In this document: positions 17,664 through 26,660 of the stretch, in pieces
Layout: every line of letters begins with the position of its first letter
Position numbering within the stretch: the first letter of the stretch is position 1
Assembly: GCA_020850355.1 (NCBI GenBank)
Contig: JADZEX010000040.1
Coordinates: forward strand, 6,339 to 70,338
From: Fimbriimonadaceae bacterium
GTDB taxonomy: Bacteria > Armatimonadota > UBA10988
DNA: 64,000 bases
Direction of reading: 5' to 3'
Translations under genes and position numbers: made by a program
Notes under the pieces: generated by a model
The model's database searches: none
The model's input: only the letters and a program-made list of their open reading frames with translations
Told to the model about the DNA's origin: nothing

Positions 17664-20054
17664 ATGCCGACCGTCTGGCTGGCCCTGGCCCTGCTCGCCC
17701 CCGGCCTGCCGGTGGTGCGCGAGGGGCGGCCCGTGGCGACGCTCGTGCCGTTGGCCGCGACCCCCGAACGACTCGCCACGGCGCGGCTGCTGCAGCAGGT
17801 GATCCGCCTCGCCAGCGGGGCCGAGGTGCCGATCGGGGCGCTGCCGACGAACGGCACCGCAATCCTCTTGGGCCGCCCGGCGACCGGCCCGGATCCGGTC
17901 GACCTGAGCGGCCTGGACGGTGACGGCTGCGTGCTGCAACCTCTCGACAACCAACGCTACGTGGTGGCCGGGCCGACCGAGTGGGGCACCGAGTTCGGAG
18001 CGGTCGAGCTGCTGGAGCAGATGGCCGGGGCGCGCTGGCTGCTGCCGGGCGAGCAGGGGCTGGATGTGCCACGCAACGCCGATCTGACGCTGCCGGCGAC
18101 GATCCAACGACAGCAGCCGGCCTACTTCTCGCGACTCTTGAGCGGGCTGGCCAACGGCACCCAGACCACCTGGGCGCGGCGCCTGCGGATGCACGGGCGG
18201 GTGCAGTTCCACCACAACCTGCTGCACCTCTTCGCGCCCGGCCGCTACTACGCGACCCGGCCGGAGTTCTTCCCAGTCTACGACGGGCGGCCCTACCGGC
18301 CGGTGGACGACGAGGACCCGCGCTGGCAGCCGAACTTCAGCGCGCCGGGGATCGTGGAGGAGGCGGTGGCCAACATCACGCGCTACTTCCGCGAGAACCC
18401 GGCCGCCGAGAGCTACAGCCTGGGCATCAACGACACCGCGCGCTTCGACGAGCGGCCGGAGTCCTTGGCCCGGGAGGTCGGGCGAAAGAACTTCCTGGGC
18501 GACCGCGATGTCTCGGACAGCTACTACCGCTGGTGCAACGAGGTGATCGAGGGGGTGCTACGCGAGTTCCCCGACAAGTGGTTCGGCTGCCTGGCCTACC
18601 ACAACGTCGCCGAGCCGCCGGTCAACCTGCGAGTCCACCCGCGGTTGATCCCCTACATGACCTACGACCGGCACAAGTGGGTCCTGCCGGCCGTGCGGCA
18701 GCAGGGCGAGGAGCTGACCCGCCGCTGGCACGCCCAGGCGCCACGGCTCGGCTGGTACGACTACGTTTACGGCACGCCCTACTGCCTGCCGCGCTGCTAT
18801 CCCCAGCAGATGGCCGCGGCCCTGCGCTTCGGGCGCGACCAGGGGGTCACCGCGCATTACGCCGAGGCCTACCCGAACTGGGGCGAGGGGCCGAAGCTGT
18901 ACCTCTATCTGAAGCTGCAGTGGAACCCCGATCTGGACGTGGCAGCGACGCTGGCGGAGTGGTACGAGCGTTGCGCCGGTCCCGCGGCAGCGCCCCTGTT
19001 GGCTGGGTATTACGCGCTCTGGGAGCGCTTCTGGACCGTCCGCGCGCCGGCCGGGAAGTGGTTCCGGGGCGGGCAGTACCTCAGTTTCGCCGACCCCGGC
19101 TACCTGGCCGAGGTCGATCCGGCCGACCTGCAGCGCAGCCGTGCCCTGCTTGACCGGGCGTTGGCGCTGACGGCGACGCCGGCGCAGCGCTGGCGGGTCG
19201 GCGTGCTGCGCGACGCCTTTGGCTATTACGAGGCCAGCGCGGTCAGCTACCTGGCCGACCACGCCGCGGTCGGGGCACCACCGGCGACCGAGGCCGCCGC
19301 CCTGGCGGTGCTGGAGCAGGCGGCCGACGGCATCGACCGCGGCGCGGCCCGGCTGGCGCTGGTCGACTCCTGGGGCCAGGACGCGCTGCTGACGCACCCA
19401 CTGCCGCCACAGCGCTACGGCGGGCTGAGCCGCAGCGATTGGGGCGGCGGACCGCTCTACCAACTGCTCTCCTGGGCGCAGCGCAGCCCGGCGGTGCTGG
19501 CCCGGCTGGAGGCCCTCGGGCGCAGCGGCGGCCCGGCGCTGCGCGAGGCGGCGCGGGCGCTGAGCGACCTGGCGGCCGGGCGGGCGACGGCGGTCAGCAG
19601 CAACCCGTCGGTCGAGGAGCACGCCACCGGCTGGACGATGTGGGTCAGCGACGTTGGCCAGATCGGGCGCAGCGACGCGGCGGCGCAGGACGGCCGGTGG
19701 TGCCTGCTGGCCACTGGCCTGCGGCGCGGCGGACCCTACCAGTTGCTGCCGGTGCAGCCCGGTCGTTACCTGGCGACCTGCTGGATCAGCGCGCCGGCCG
19801 GCCAGGAGAGCCCGGTCACGGTGGCCCTGACAGGCACCATGCGCGGCGACGACAACGTCAACCTGCCCTCGCCGCAGGCCCAGGCGGCGCCGCTGCCGGG
19901 CGTCTGGACGCCGTTGGTCTGCCCGGTCACAGTGCCCCAGCAGATCGGCGCCGTGACCGTCACGCGGATGCTGCTCTGCCCGATCGTCGACGGGCTGCGG
20001 CCCGGAGAGAAGGTCTACCTCGATGCGATTGCGCTGCACCGCCTGCCTGATTAG
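17664..20054 (+). CDS. DUF4838-like putative secreted glycoside hydrolase
   Basis: Signal peptide MPTVWLALALLAPGLPVV. The domain recollection is based on overall layout and motifs such as WQPNFSAPG...GCLAYHNV. GC3 is strong. The family assignment is from memory. Confidence 0.65.
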   Translation: MPTVWLALALLAPGLPVVREGRPVATLVPLAATPERLATARLLQQVIRLASGAEVPIGALPTNGTAILLGRPATGPDPVDLSGLDGDGCVLQPLDNQRYVVAGPTEWGTEFGAVELLEQMAGARWLLPGEQGLDVPRNADLTLPATIQRQQPAYFSRLLSGLANGTQTTWARRLRMHGRVQFHHNLLHLFAPGRYYATRPEFFPVYDGRPYRPVDDEDPRWQPNFSAPGIVEEAVANITRYFRENPAAESYSLGINDTARFDERPESLAREVGRKNFLGDRDVSDSYYRWCNEVIEGVLREFPDKWFGCLAYHNVAEPPVNLRVHPRLIPYMTYDRHKWVLPAVRQQGEELTRRWHAQAPRLGWYDYVYGTPYCLPRCYPQQMAAALRFGRDQGVTAHYAEAYPNWGEGPKLYLYLKLQWNPDLDVAATLAEWYERCAGPAAAPLLAGYYALWERFWTVRAPAGKWFRGGQYLSFADPGYLAEVDPADLQRSRALLDRALALTATPAQRWRVGVLRDAFGYYEASAVSYLADHAAVGAPPATEAAALAVLEQAADGIDRGAARLALVDSWGQDALLTHPLPPQRYGGLSRSDWGGGPLYQLLSWAQRSPAVLARLEALGRSGGPALREAARALSDLAAGRATAVSSNPSVEEHATGWTMWVSDVGQIGRSDAAAQDGRWCLLATGLRRGGPYQLLPVQPGRYLATCWISAPAGQESPVTVALTGTMRGDDNVNLPSPQAQAAPLPGVWTPLVCPVTVPQQIGAVTVTRMLLCPIVDGLRPGEKVYLDAIALHRLPD

Positions 20055-22164
20055 CCTGCTGGCCGCCGGCGCCGCCGCGCAGACGCCGCTGTGGGACACC
20101 CGACCCGACACCTGGGTCGCCACCGACGGCCTCGGGCGGCGCACGCCGGGCTACGAGCAGGTCGGCCCGCCGCGGCCAGACCGCACCGTGGCGATGTTCT
20201 ACTTCCTCTGGCTGGGCGCCCACGTCAACGGCGGCCCGTATGACGTCAGCCGGATCCTGCTGCAAGACCCGGACGCCATGCAGCAGGCGGACTCACCACT
20301 GTGGGGCCCACTGCACGGGACCCACCACTGGGGTGAGTCGATCTTCGGCTACTACACCATGGACGACCCGGCGGTGCTGCGCAGCCATGCCCAGCAGTTG
20401 GCCGACGCCGGGGTCGACACGGTCGTCTTCGACTGCAGCAATCAGCTCAGCTACCCGCAGTACTACGTGCCGTTGATGACCACCTGGAGCCAGATCCGGG
20501 CCGCCGGCGGGCGCACCCCGCAGGTCGCCTTCCTGTGCCCCTTCTGGCAGCCCGGCAAGGTGGTCCGGGAGGTCTACCGGGACCTCTATGCCCCCGGCCG
20601 CTGCAGCGACCTCTGGTTCCGCTGGGAGGGCCGGCCGCTGATCCTGGCCGACCCCGACCTGCTGCAGGAGACCCAGCCCGGCGAGCGGGGCGACCGGCCG
20701 GACCGCCTGGAGCCCGGCCACACCCTGGGGGTGCAGTTCACCACCAGCGCCCCGGTGCCGCAGGTGACCTGCTCGCTGCCGACCTGGAACAGCATCGGCT
20801 CGGCAGCAACGCTGACCCTGCGGCGCGACGGGCCGGCCGGCCCGGTGGTGCAGACCCGTCGCCTGCTGAGCATCGCCGACAACGATTGGGCCGGCCTGCG
20901 CTTCGACGAGCCGCTGCCCCCGGGCACCTGGTACCTGGAGCTGGCCGATCCGCTGGGCACCGTCGGCTGGTGGAGCGGCGGCCAGACGCCGGGCGTGACG
21001 GCCTGGGCCGACGGCCGCCCGGTCGCCGGGTCGCGCTCGCTGCGGGTGGCCGCCGACAGCCCGGAGGATGCCGCGATCCGCCGGTTCTTCTGCTTCCGCG
21101 CCCCGCAGCCCAGCTACTTCCAGGGGCCGGTGAAGCCGAACATGTGGAGCTGGCTGGAGGTCCACCCGCAACACGTCTTCCGCAACGACCGCGGCGAGGC
21201 CGAGCAGATGTCCGTGGGCGTGGCCCAGAACGCCGTCGGCGAGCGGCTCGGTTCGCTCAGCGAGCCGGGCGCGCGCGGCCGCACCTGGCACCGTGGCGCC
21301 CGCGACCCGCGGCCAGGGGCGGTGCGCTGGGGGCTGAACTTCCAGGAGCAGTGGGAGCACGCCCTAACCGCCGACCCGCGGGTGCTGTTCATCAGCAACT
21401 GGAACGAGTGGATCATGGGCCGCTTCAACGAGTTCGCCGGCGTCCGCCAGCCGGTGATGTTCGTCGACGAGTTCAACCAGGAGTACAGCCGCGACCTCGA
21501 GCCGATGCGCGGCGGCCACGGCGACGACTACTACTACCAACTGGTGTCCAACATCCGCCGCTACAAGGGCGTCCGCCCGCCGGACCCACCCGCCGCGCCG
21601 CGTGCGATGGCGGCCGGCGACTGGCGGGCCTGGCAGGGCGTGCGGCCGGAGTTCCGCGACGACCGGGGCGACCCGATGCAACGCGACTGGGACGGCTACA
21701 ACCGGTGCACCCGTTACGTCAACCGCTCGGGTCGGCACGACCTGGTGGCGGCGAAGGTCGCCCACGACGCAACGACGGTCTGGTGCTACCTGCGTTGCGC
21801 CGCGCCGCTCGCTGGCCCCGACGCCACCACCGGGCTTTGGCTGCTACTGAATACCGACGGCCGGGCCACCGGCTGGGATGGCTTCGACCTGCTGCTGAAC
21901 CGCGCCGGCCCGCATGGTGAGGTGCTGATCGAGCGCAGCCGCGGCGGCTGGCAGTGGGAAACCGTCGGCACCGCCCAGCGCCAGGTGCAGGGCGCGGAGC
22001 TGGTGCTGGCCCTGCCCCGCGCGCTGCTCGGCCCCGCGGGCCCGCTGACGGTGGAGCTGAAGTGGGTCGACTCGGTGCAGACCCCGGGCGACCCGCTGGC
22101 CTTCCTGACCGACGGCGACGCCGCCCCGAACGGCCGCTTCGCCTGGCGCTGGCGCGGGCTGTGA
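20023..22164 (+). CDS. Secreted GH99/GH71-like glycoside hydrolase (putative endo-alpha-mannosidase-like TIM barrel)
   Basis: Signal peptide MRLRCTACLISLLAAGAAAQ. MFYFLWLG...HHWGE resembles the GH99 YxWYG/HW N-terminal block, and ISNWNEWIMG resembles the catalytic FNEWHE block of GH99/GH71. The start overlaps the upstream gene by 32 nt. Confidence 0.65.
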   Translation: MRLRCTACLISLLAAGAAAQTPLWDTRPDTWVATDGLGRRTPGYEQVGPPRPDRTVAMFYFLWLGAHVNGGPYDVSRILLQDPDAMQQADSPLWGPLHGTHHWGESIFGYYTMDDPAVLRSHAQQLADAGVDTVVFDCSNQLSYPQYYVPLMTTWSQIRAAGGRTPQVAFLCPFWQPGKVVREVYRDLYAPGRCSDLWFRWEGRPLILADPDLLQETQPGERGDRPDRLEPGHTLGVQFTTSAPVPQVTCSLPTWNSIGSAATLTLRRDGPAGPVVQTRRLLSIADNDWAGLRFDEPLPPGTWYLELADPLGTVGWWSGGQTPGVTAWADGRPVAGSRSLRVAADSPEDAAIRRFFCFRAPQPSYFQGPVKPNMWSWLEVHPQHVFRNDRGEAEQMSVGVAQNAVGERLGSLSEPGARGRTWHRGARDPRPGAVRWGLNFQEQWEHALTADPRVLFISNWNEWIMGRFNEFAGVRQPVMFVDEFNQEYSRDLEPMRGGHGDDYYYQLVSNIRRYKGVRPPDPPAAPRAMAAGDWRAWQGVRPEFRDDRGDPMQRDWDGYNRCTRYVNRSGRHDLVAAKVAHDATTVWCYLRCAAPLAGPDATTGLWLLLNTDGRATGWDGFDLLLNRAGPHGEVLIERSRGGWQWETVGTAQRQVQGAELVLALPRALLGPAGPLTVELKWVDSVQTPGDPLAFLTDGDAAPNGRFAWRWRGL

Positions 22165-22246
22165 GGTCCTAAGCCAACCTGAAGCAGACGCTAACACGCG
22201 CTTCTCGGATCGCGGCGATGCTGCCGTCGCGGCTTGGGAGGCAGCG

Positions 22247-23869
22247 ATGCGCGGCATCTGGCGCGGTCTGGTGGTGGGCTGGGTGACTCTGGTGGTTGGC
22301 GTCGGGGCGGTCAGCGCCGCGCCTTGGAAGTTCGCCGTGATGAGCGACACCCAGTGGGCGCCGGCGGTCGACCACGTCGGCCGCGGCGTGGCGATCGAGA
22401 TCATCGCCAGCCTAAACCAGGAGTTCATCCGGCACGGCGTCGCGTTTGTGATCGAGGTTGGTGACCTCACCGACAACGGCGGGGAGGACGGCGAGGAGTT
22501 CCTCTCCGAACTGAACATCCGAGCCGCCGCGAATCTGGCGCTGCAGCAGGCCGGCATCCGGTTCTTCCCGCTGCGCGGCAATCACGAGGATAGCGCGGCG
22601 GCGGCGAAGCGCTTCGGGGAGGTCTTCGCGGGACTGCCCGGCACCGCTGCCTGGCGCGACGGCGACGGCTACACCGCCGGCACCCCCGCCGAGTTGCCCG
22701 GCCTGGCCGGGCTCAGCTACGCCTTCGCGTATCGCGACGCCAGCTTTGTGCTGCTTGACCAGTTCACCTTGCCGACTCCCGCGGGCCAGGCCGTGGACTA
22801 CCCGATCGCGCGGCAGCAGCCTTGGATCACCGCGCAACTGGCGGCGGCCCAGGCCGCGGGGCGGCACGCCTTTGTGTTCAGTCACAAGAACCTGCTGGGG
22901 CAGAACCACAAGGACAACCTCTTCGGCACGCCGCGCGGCGCCGCGGATCCGGGTGATGCCGACCCGGCGAAGCAGCCGACCCAGACCGCCTTCTGCCGCG
23001 CGATGGCGGATCATGGCGCGCGCTGGATCTTCAGTGGGCATGACCACCTCTACCACCGGGCGCTGGTGACGTCACCGGACGCTGCCCGGAGCGCCACGGT
23101 GCAGCAGATCATCGCCGGCTCCAACAGCTACAAGTTCTACGACCCGCGGTTGCCCTACTCCAGCAACGAGCAGCCGCTGATCCAGGAGCGCAAGTCCGTC
23201 GGCTACCTGATCGTTACGGTCGACGGCCCGCGGGTCCAGGCCGACTACTACTCGGTGCCTTGCCAGCTTGTGATCAACGGGAACATCAGCTCGTGGCACT
23301 CGCCGGGCGCCTTCCCGCAGGCTGACCGGTTTGGCTACAGCACCAACGGCCAGGGCTTCGTCGTGGCGCCGGGTGAGAGCTTCACCAAGGTGCTCGACGC
23401 TGCGCCGAGCGGCCCCGGCTGGGTCGGCTCGCGACTGGAGCTGCTGGGCGGCGAGAACACCGTGGTTGGCACGACCGCCGACGAGGAGTACGTGATCCGC
23501 CGGCCCACCGCCAACCACGTCACCACCGGCTGGCAGCCGGCGCCGCTCCCGGCCCTGGTCAGCGACGTGGTCAGCCTGTGGGGGATGCGGATCCGGCCGC
23601 GCTCGCCGCGCAGCAATCCGTACTGCCTGGCGCTGAGCTACGACACTGCCCGCGTGCCGGCCGCCCAGGCTGGTCGCTTGACGCTGCTGGTGCGCACCAG
23701 CCGGGGCTGGGTGCCCGCGGTCAGCCGCAACACCGCGGGCCGGCCGCGCTATGTCGAGGGCGCCTACACCAACCAGCCGCTGGGCACCGCGGGGGTCTTG
23801 GCCGAAGCCGGACGCGTCTGGGCAGTGCTCGACTACGATGGCGACTTCGCCGTCGGCGTCCGGCGCTGA
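22247..23869 (+). CDS. Secreted calcineurin-like metallophosphoesterase
   Basis: Signal peptide, then the motifs MSDTQ, GDLTDNG, GNHE and GHDH (the metallophosphatase motifs). Confidence 0.85.
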   Translation: MRGIWRGLVVGWVTLVVGVGAVSAAPWKFAVMSDTQWAPAVDHVGRGVAIEIIASLNQEFIRHGVAFVIEVGDLTDNGGEDGEEFLSELNIRAAANLALQQAGIRFFPLRGNHEDSAAAAKRFGEVFAGLPGTAAWRDGDGYTAGTPAELPGLAGLSYAFAYRDASFVLLDQFTLPTPAGQAVDYPIARQQPWITAQLAAAQAAGRHAFVFSHKNLLGQNHKDNLFGTPRGAADPGDADPAKQPTQTAFCRAMADHGARWIFSGHDHLYHRALVTSPDAARSATVQQIIAGSNSYKFYDPRLPYSSNEQPLIQERKSVGYLIVTVDGPRVQADYYSVPCQLVINGNISSWHSPGAFPQADRFGYSTNGQGFVVAPGESFTKVLDAAPSGPGWVGSRLELLGGENTVVGTTADEEYVIRRPTANHVTTGWQPAPLPALVSDVVSLWGMRIRPRSPRSNPYCLALSYDTARVPAAQAGRLTLLVRTSRGWVPAVSRNTAGRPRYVEGAYTNQPLGTAGVLAEAGRVWAVLDYDGDFAVGVRR

Positions 23870-23890
23870 GGCCAGCCAGCGGGTTAGGTC

Positions 23891-23919
23891 TTGACGGTCA
23901 ACGGAGGCGATGGTATACC
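23891..23919 (+). promoter_or_regulatory. Sigma70-type promoter for the tRNA-Gln/tRNA-Glu pair (-35 TTGACG, 17-nt spacer, -10 TATACC)
   Basis: TTGACGgtcaacggaggcgatggTATACC. The predicted TSS is about 8 nt before tRNA-Gln. The whole element sits inside an 8-bp inverted repeat (GGTTAGGT...ACCTAACC). Confidence 0.5.
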
Positions 23920-23933
23920 TAACCCTGCTCCGT

Positions 23934-24004
23934 TGGGGAGTCGTCTAGTGGCAGGACAGCGGACTCTGGATCCGTATGCGGGGGTTCGAATCCTCCCTCC
24001 CCAA
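23934..24004 (+). tRNA. tRNA-Gln (anticodon CTG)
   Basis: Manual fold: acceptor TGGGGAG/CTCCCCA, D-arm GTCT-AGTGGCA-GGAC, anticodon stem GCGGA/TCCGT with loop CTCTGGA (anticodon CTG), T-arm GGGGG-TTCGAAT-CCTCC. Confidence 0.85.
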
Positions 24005-24007
24005 TTT

Positions 24008-24080
24008 GGCCCCATCGTCCAGTGGCCTAGGACGCGGGATTCTCGATCCTGAAACAGGGGTTCGACTCCCCTTGGGGCTA
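24008..24080 (+). tRNA. tRNA-Glu (anticodon CTC)
   Basis: Manual fold: acceptor GGCCCCA/TGGGGCT, D-arm GTCC-AGTGGCCTA-GGAC, anticodon stem CGGGA/TCCTG with loop TTCTCGA (anticodon CTC), T-arm AGGGG-TTCGACT-CCCCT. It lies 3 nt after tRNA-Gln. Confidence 0.85.
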
Positions 24081-24094
24081 TCCCCAGGATCTCG

Positions 24095-24146
24095 CCTTGC
24101 GGCGGGGTCCGCTGTAGAACCCCGCCGCAAGGCGGGGTTCTTTGCA
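24095..24146 (+). terminator. Intrinsic terminator after the tRNA pair (perfect 13-bp stem, then T-rich tail)
   Basis: CCTTGCGGCGGGG-tccgctgtagaa-CCCCGCCGCAAGG followed by cggggTTCTTTG. Confidence 0.6.
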
Positions 24147-24160
24147 TCTAGGAGCGCCCG

Positions 24161-25300
24161 ATGATCGCAGCCCGACTCGCGCCGCGGTTGCTGCCCACGT
24201 TGTTGCTGCTGAGCAGCTTGGCCCACGCTGACGTGTCGGTGCCGTTCGCCCGATTCTACGAACAGTACGCCGCCGCCGGGGTGGTCTACGATCCGCTCTG
24301 GAACGACCTCCGCGCCCGTCCCGACCTCTACGCACAGCGGGCCATCGCCTATCAGGTGCTGGTCAAGGGCCGCATCGACAGCCCGTCGGAGACCCGGCTG
24401 ATCGCCTACACGACGCGCGACGAGGCGGTCACCATCGTCTGCCCCGGTGGCTGCGCCGCGGCCGCGCTGGGGACCTGGATCGGGGTGATCGGCGGCCTGA
24501 CGCCCGAGGGCAACCTGCTGCTGGCGGCGGCGGTGACGCAGATCCGGCCGCCGCAACTGCACACCACCACCTCCACCACCACCGCCGCGCCGAGTGGTGA
24601 CACGGGCTCGGCCAACGGTGCCGCCGGGGTGGCGCAGCAGCCGGCCGGGGCGACCGCCCCGACCGCGCCGCAGAGCACCGCCGCGCTGACGCCGCGCCTG
24701 CCCGACGGCACCGCGCCGCTGCCGGCCGAGGGGCTCAAGTCGCGGACCACCGCCCTGCCCGGCGGACAGCCCACCGCCGCCCAGACGGCCACCGCCCTGG
24801 CGGCCGCCGAGGCCAACGCCATCGCTCGCCTGGAGCGCTTCATCACCACCCGCAACCGCCGCATCGATCCCGCCGAGCGGCGGCTGATTGCGACCGAGAT
24901 CCTGCGCTGGTCGCGCTACCACGGCTTCCGCTGGGAGTTCTTCGCAGCGGTGATCGCCGCCGAGTCCGACTACAACAAACGCTGCGTCAGCTCGGCCGGC
25001 GCGATGGGGCTGGGGCAGCTGATGCCCTTCAACTGCAAGGACTTCGGTGTCAGCGACCCGTTCGATGTGCGGCAGAACCTGGCCGGGTCGGCGGCGCACC
25101 TGCGCGAGTTCCTCGACAAGTACCGCGACCGCGACGCGCTGACGCAGTTCCAGTTGACCCTCGCCAGCTACAACGCCGGGCCGGGGGCGGTCCGCAAGTA
25201 CGGCGGGGTGCCGCCCTACAACGAGACCATCAACTACATCAAGAAGATCGCCGACCTCTACGTGCGGCTCTGCAACGAGAGCGCCGCCGCTGGCGGCTAG
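24161..25300 (+). CDS. Secreted lytic transglycosylase (SLT/GEWL-like domain)
   Basis: Signal peptide MIAARLAPRLLPTLLLLSSLAHA. ESDYNKRCVSSAGAMGLGQLMP...LASYNAGPGAV is the SLT catalytic E-S...GLMQ...AYNAG pattern. GGAG lies 9 nt upstream. Confidence 0.85.
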   Translation: MIAARLAPRLLPTLLLLSSLAHADVSVPFARFYEQYAAAGVVYDPLWNDLRARPDLYAQRAIAYQVLVKGRIDSPSETRLIAYTTRDEAVTIVCPGGCAAAALGTWIGVIGGLTPEGNLLLAAAVTQIRPPQLHTTTSTTTAAPSGDTGSANGAAGVAQQPAGATAPTAPQSTAALTPRLPDGTAPLPAEGLKSRTTALPGGQPTAAQTATALAAAEANAIARLERFITTRNRRIDPAERRLIATEILRWSRYHGFRWEFFAAVIAAESDYNKRCVSSAGAMGLGQLMPFNCKDFGVSDPFDVRQNLAGSAAHLREFLDKYRDRDALTQFQLTLASYNAGPGAVRKYGGVPPYNETINYIKKIADLYVRLCNESAAAGG

Positions 25301-25499
25301 TGTCCTGTCGCAGATCGACGGGTAGCGGGCGGAAACAGGCTCTGGCGGCTCTGCGACGCCGTCATCGAACCAGCCCATCGCGCCGGTAGGTCGGATGCCC
25401 AGGTCCGCCCTGGGGCCGGCGAGAAGCACAGGCGACTGTGCAAGTACGCGAACATTCAGTGCCTCATTGGCGTATGATGACCAACGAGGAGAGCACACC

Positions 25500-26660
25500 A
25501 TGGACGTCGTCCAGCCCCCGGACGAGGGAGTGTTGGCCGGCCTCGGCGAACGCCTTCGCATCCGTCGCGATGCGGTGGGCCTGAGCGTCCGCAAGCTCGC
25601 TGAGCAACTTGGCGCCAGCCGTAACACCATCACGAACTACGAACAAGGCCACACCGTGCCGAGCACGAGTGATCTGGTTCGGCTCGCGGCGGCTCTGGGG
25701 TGCACCTTGGTTGACCTGCTCGACCTGCCAGCATCCCAGCCACCGGCGCGCTTCGCCTTTCGCGCCCACAAGGCGCTTCAGAGCAATCCGGACGTCGCGG
25801 TCATGGCGCAGAAGTACCTGCGGGCCTATGCCGACATCGAGGAGATCTGCGACGCGCGCCTGCCACGCCGGCTGCGCCGGGCACCGGTAGCGACGGCGGG
25901 GCCGAACCTGGACCTGCGCATCGCGGCGACCGCCGAACGCGTGCGTGAGGACTCCGGGTTCGCGGAGCTGGGCCCGACCAACATCGTGCAGGCCCTTGAG
26001 AACCTCGGGGTGCGCTGTATCTTCTTCCAGCATCCGACCCCCGGTCTGGATGGGATCAGCGTCGAACAGGACGAAATGAGCCTCGTGCTCTTGCCGGACC
26101 GGGCGCAGGTCGTCGAGCGCGTTATCTTCAGCGCCGCGCACGAGCTGGGTCATCTGGTGCTGCACCCCGAGTTGTTCACGGCAGCGGCCCAGAAGGTGGA
26201 CGACGCCCGCGACTACGAGCACGAGGCCCATGTGTTCGCGGCCAGCTTCCTGGTGCCGGAGGGCGACCTGCTGCGGACCTGGCAGGATGAACGGCTGGCC
26301 CGGTTGCCCCTGGAGCGTGCGCTGCTGGTGCTCAAGTGGCGCTTCCAGGTCAGCTTCTGGGCACTTTTCGAGCGCGTGCGCGGGCTAGGGTTGACCGAGA
26401 CCACCTATCCGGCGTTGACCACGAGCGTGAAGCGCCTACTTGGCTTCGAGGGTCGCGCCAGTCGGCAGGACCTGGAACCCCAGCCGCTGCCAGCCGGCGC
26501 CTTGTACCGCTCCACACGGTTCGAGCGTCTGGTCTACAGTGCCTTCGTCCAAGAGGAGATCGGGGTCGCCAAGGTCGCAGAGCTGCTGCAACTGACCGTC
26601 GATGATGCCCGACGTCGCACCGCGGAGTGGATCAGGCCCCGTGCTGAACTGGTGGGATGA
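25500..26660 (+). CDS. XRE-family HTH fused to an ImmA/IrrE (M78) zinc-metallopeptidase domain
   Basis: LRIRRDAVGLSVRKLAEQLGASRNTITNYEQGHTVPSTSDLVRLAAALGCTLVDLL is the Cro/C1-type HTH. AAHELGHLVLH...E is the HEXXH of ImmA/IrrE. GAGGAG lies 8 nt upstream of ATG 25500. The ORF-track extension to 25395 is rejected. Confidence 0.85.
   Translation: MDVVQPPDEGVLAGLGERLRIRRDAVGLSVRKLAEQLGASRNTITNYEQGHTVPSTSDLVRLAAALGCTLVDLLDLPASQPPARFAFRAHKALQSNPDVAVMAQKYLRAYADIEEICDARLPRRLRRAPVATAGPNLDLRIAATAERVREDSGFAELGPTNIVQALENLGVRCIFFQHPTPGLDGISVEQDEMSLVLLPDRAQVVERVIFSAAHELGHLVLHPELFTAAAQKVDDARDYEHEAHVFAASFLVPEGDLLRTWQDERLARLPLERALLVLKWRFQVSFWALFERVRGLGLTETTYPALTTSVKRLLGFEGRASRQDLEPQPLPAGALYRSTRFERLVYSAFVQEEIGVAKVAELLQLTVDDARRRTAEWIRPRAELVG

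Noticed and set aside
25441-25480. Promoter for the HTH/M78 gene around TATGAT (25473-25478)
   Set aside because: No acceptable -35 lies at 16-19 nt spacing (GAACAT/CGAACA). It is left uncalled.
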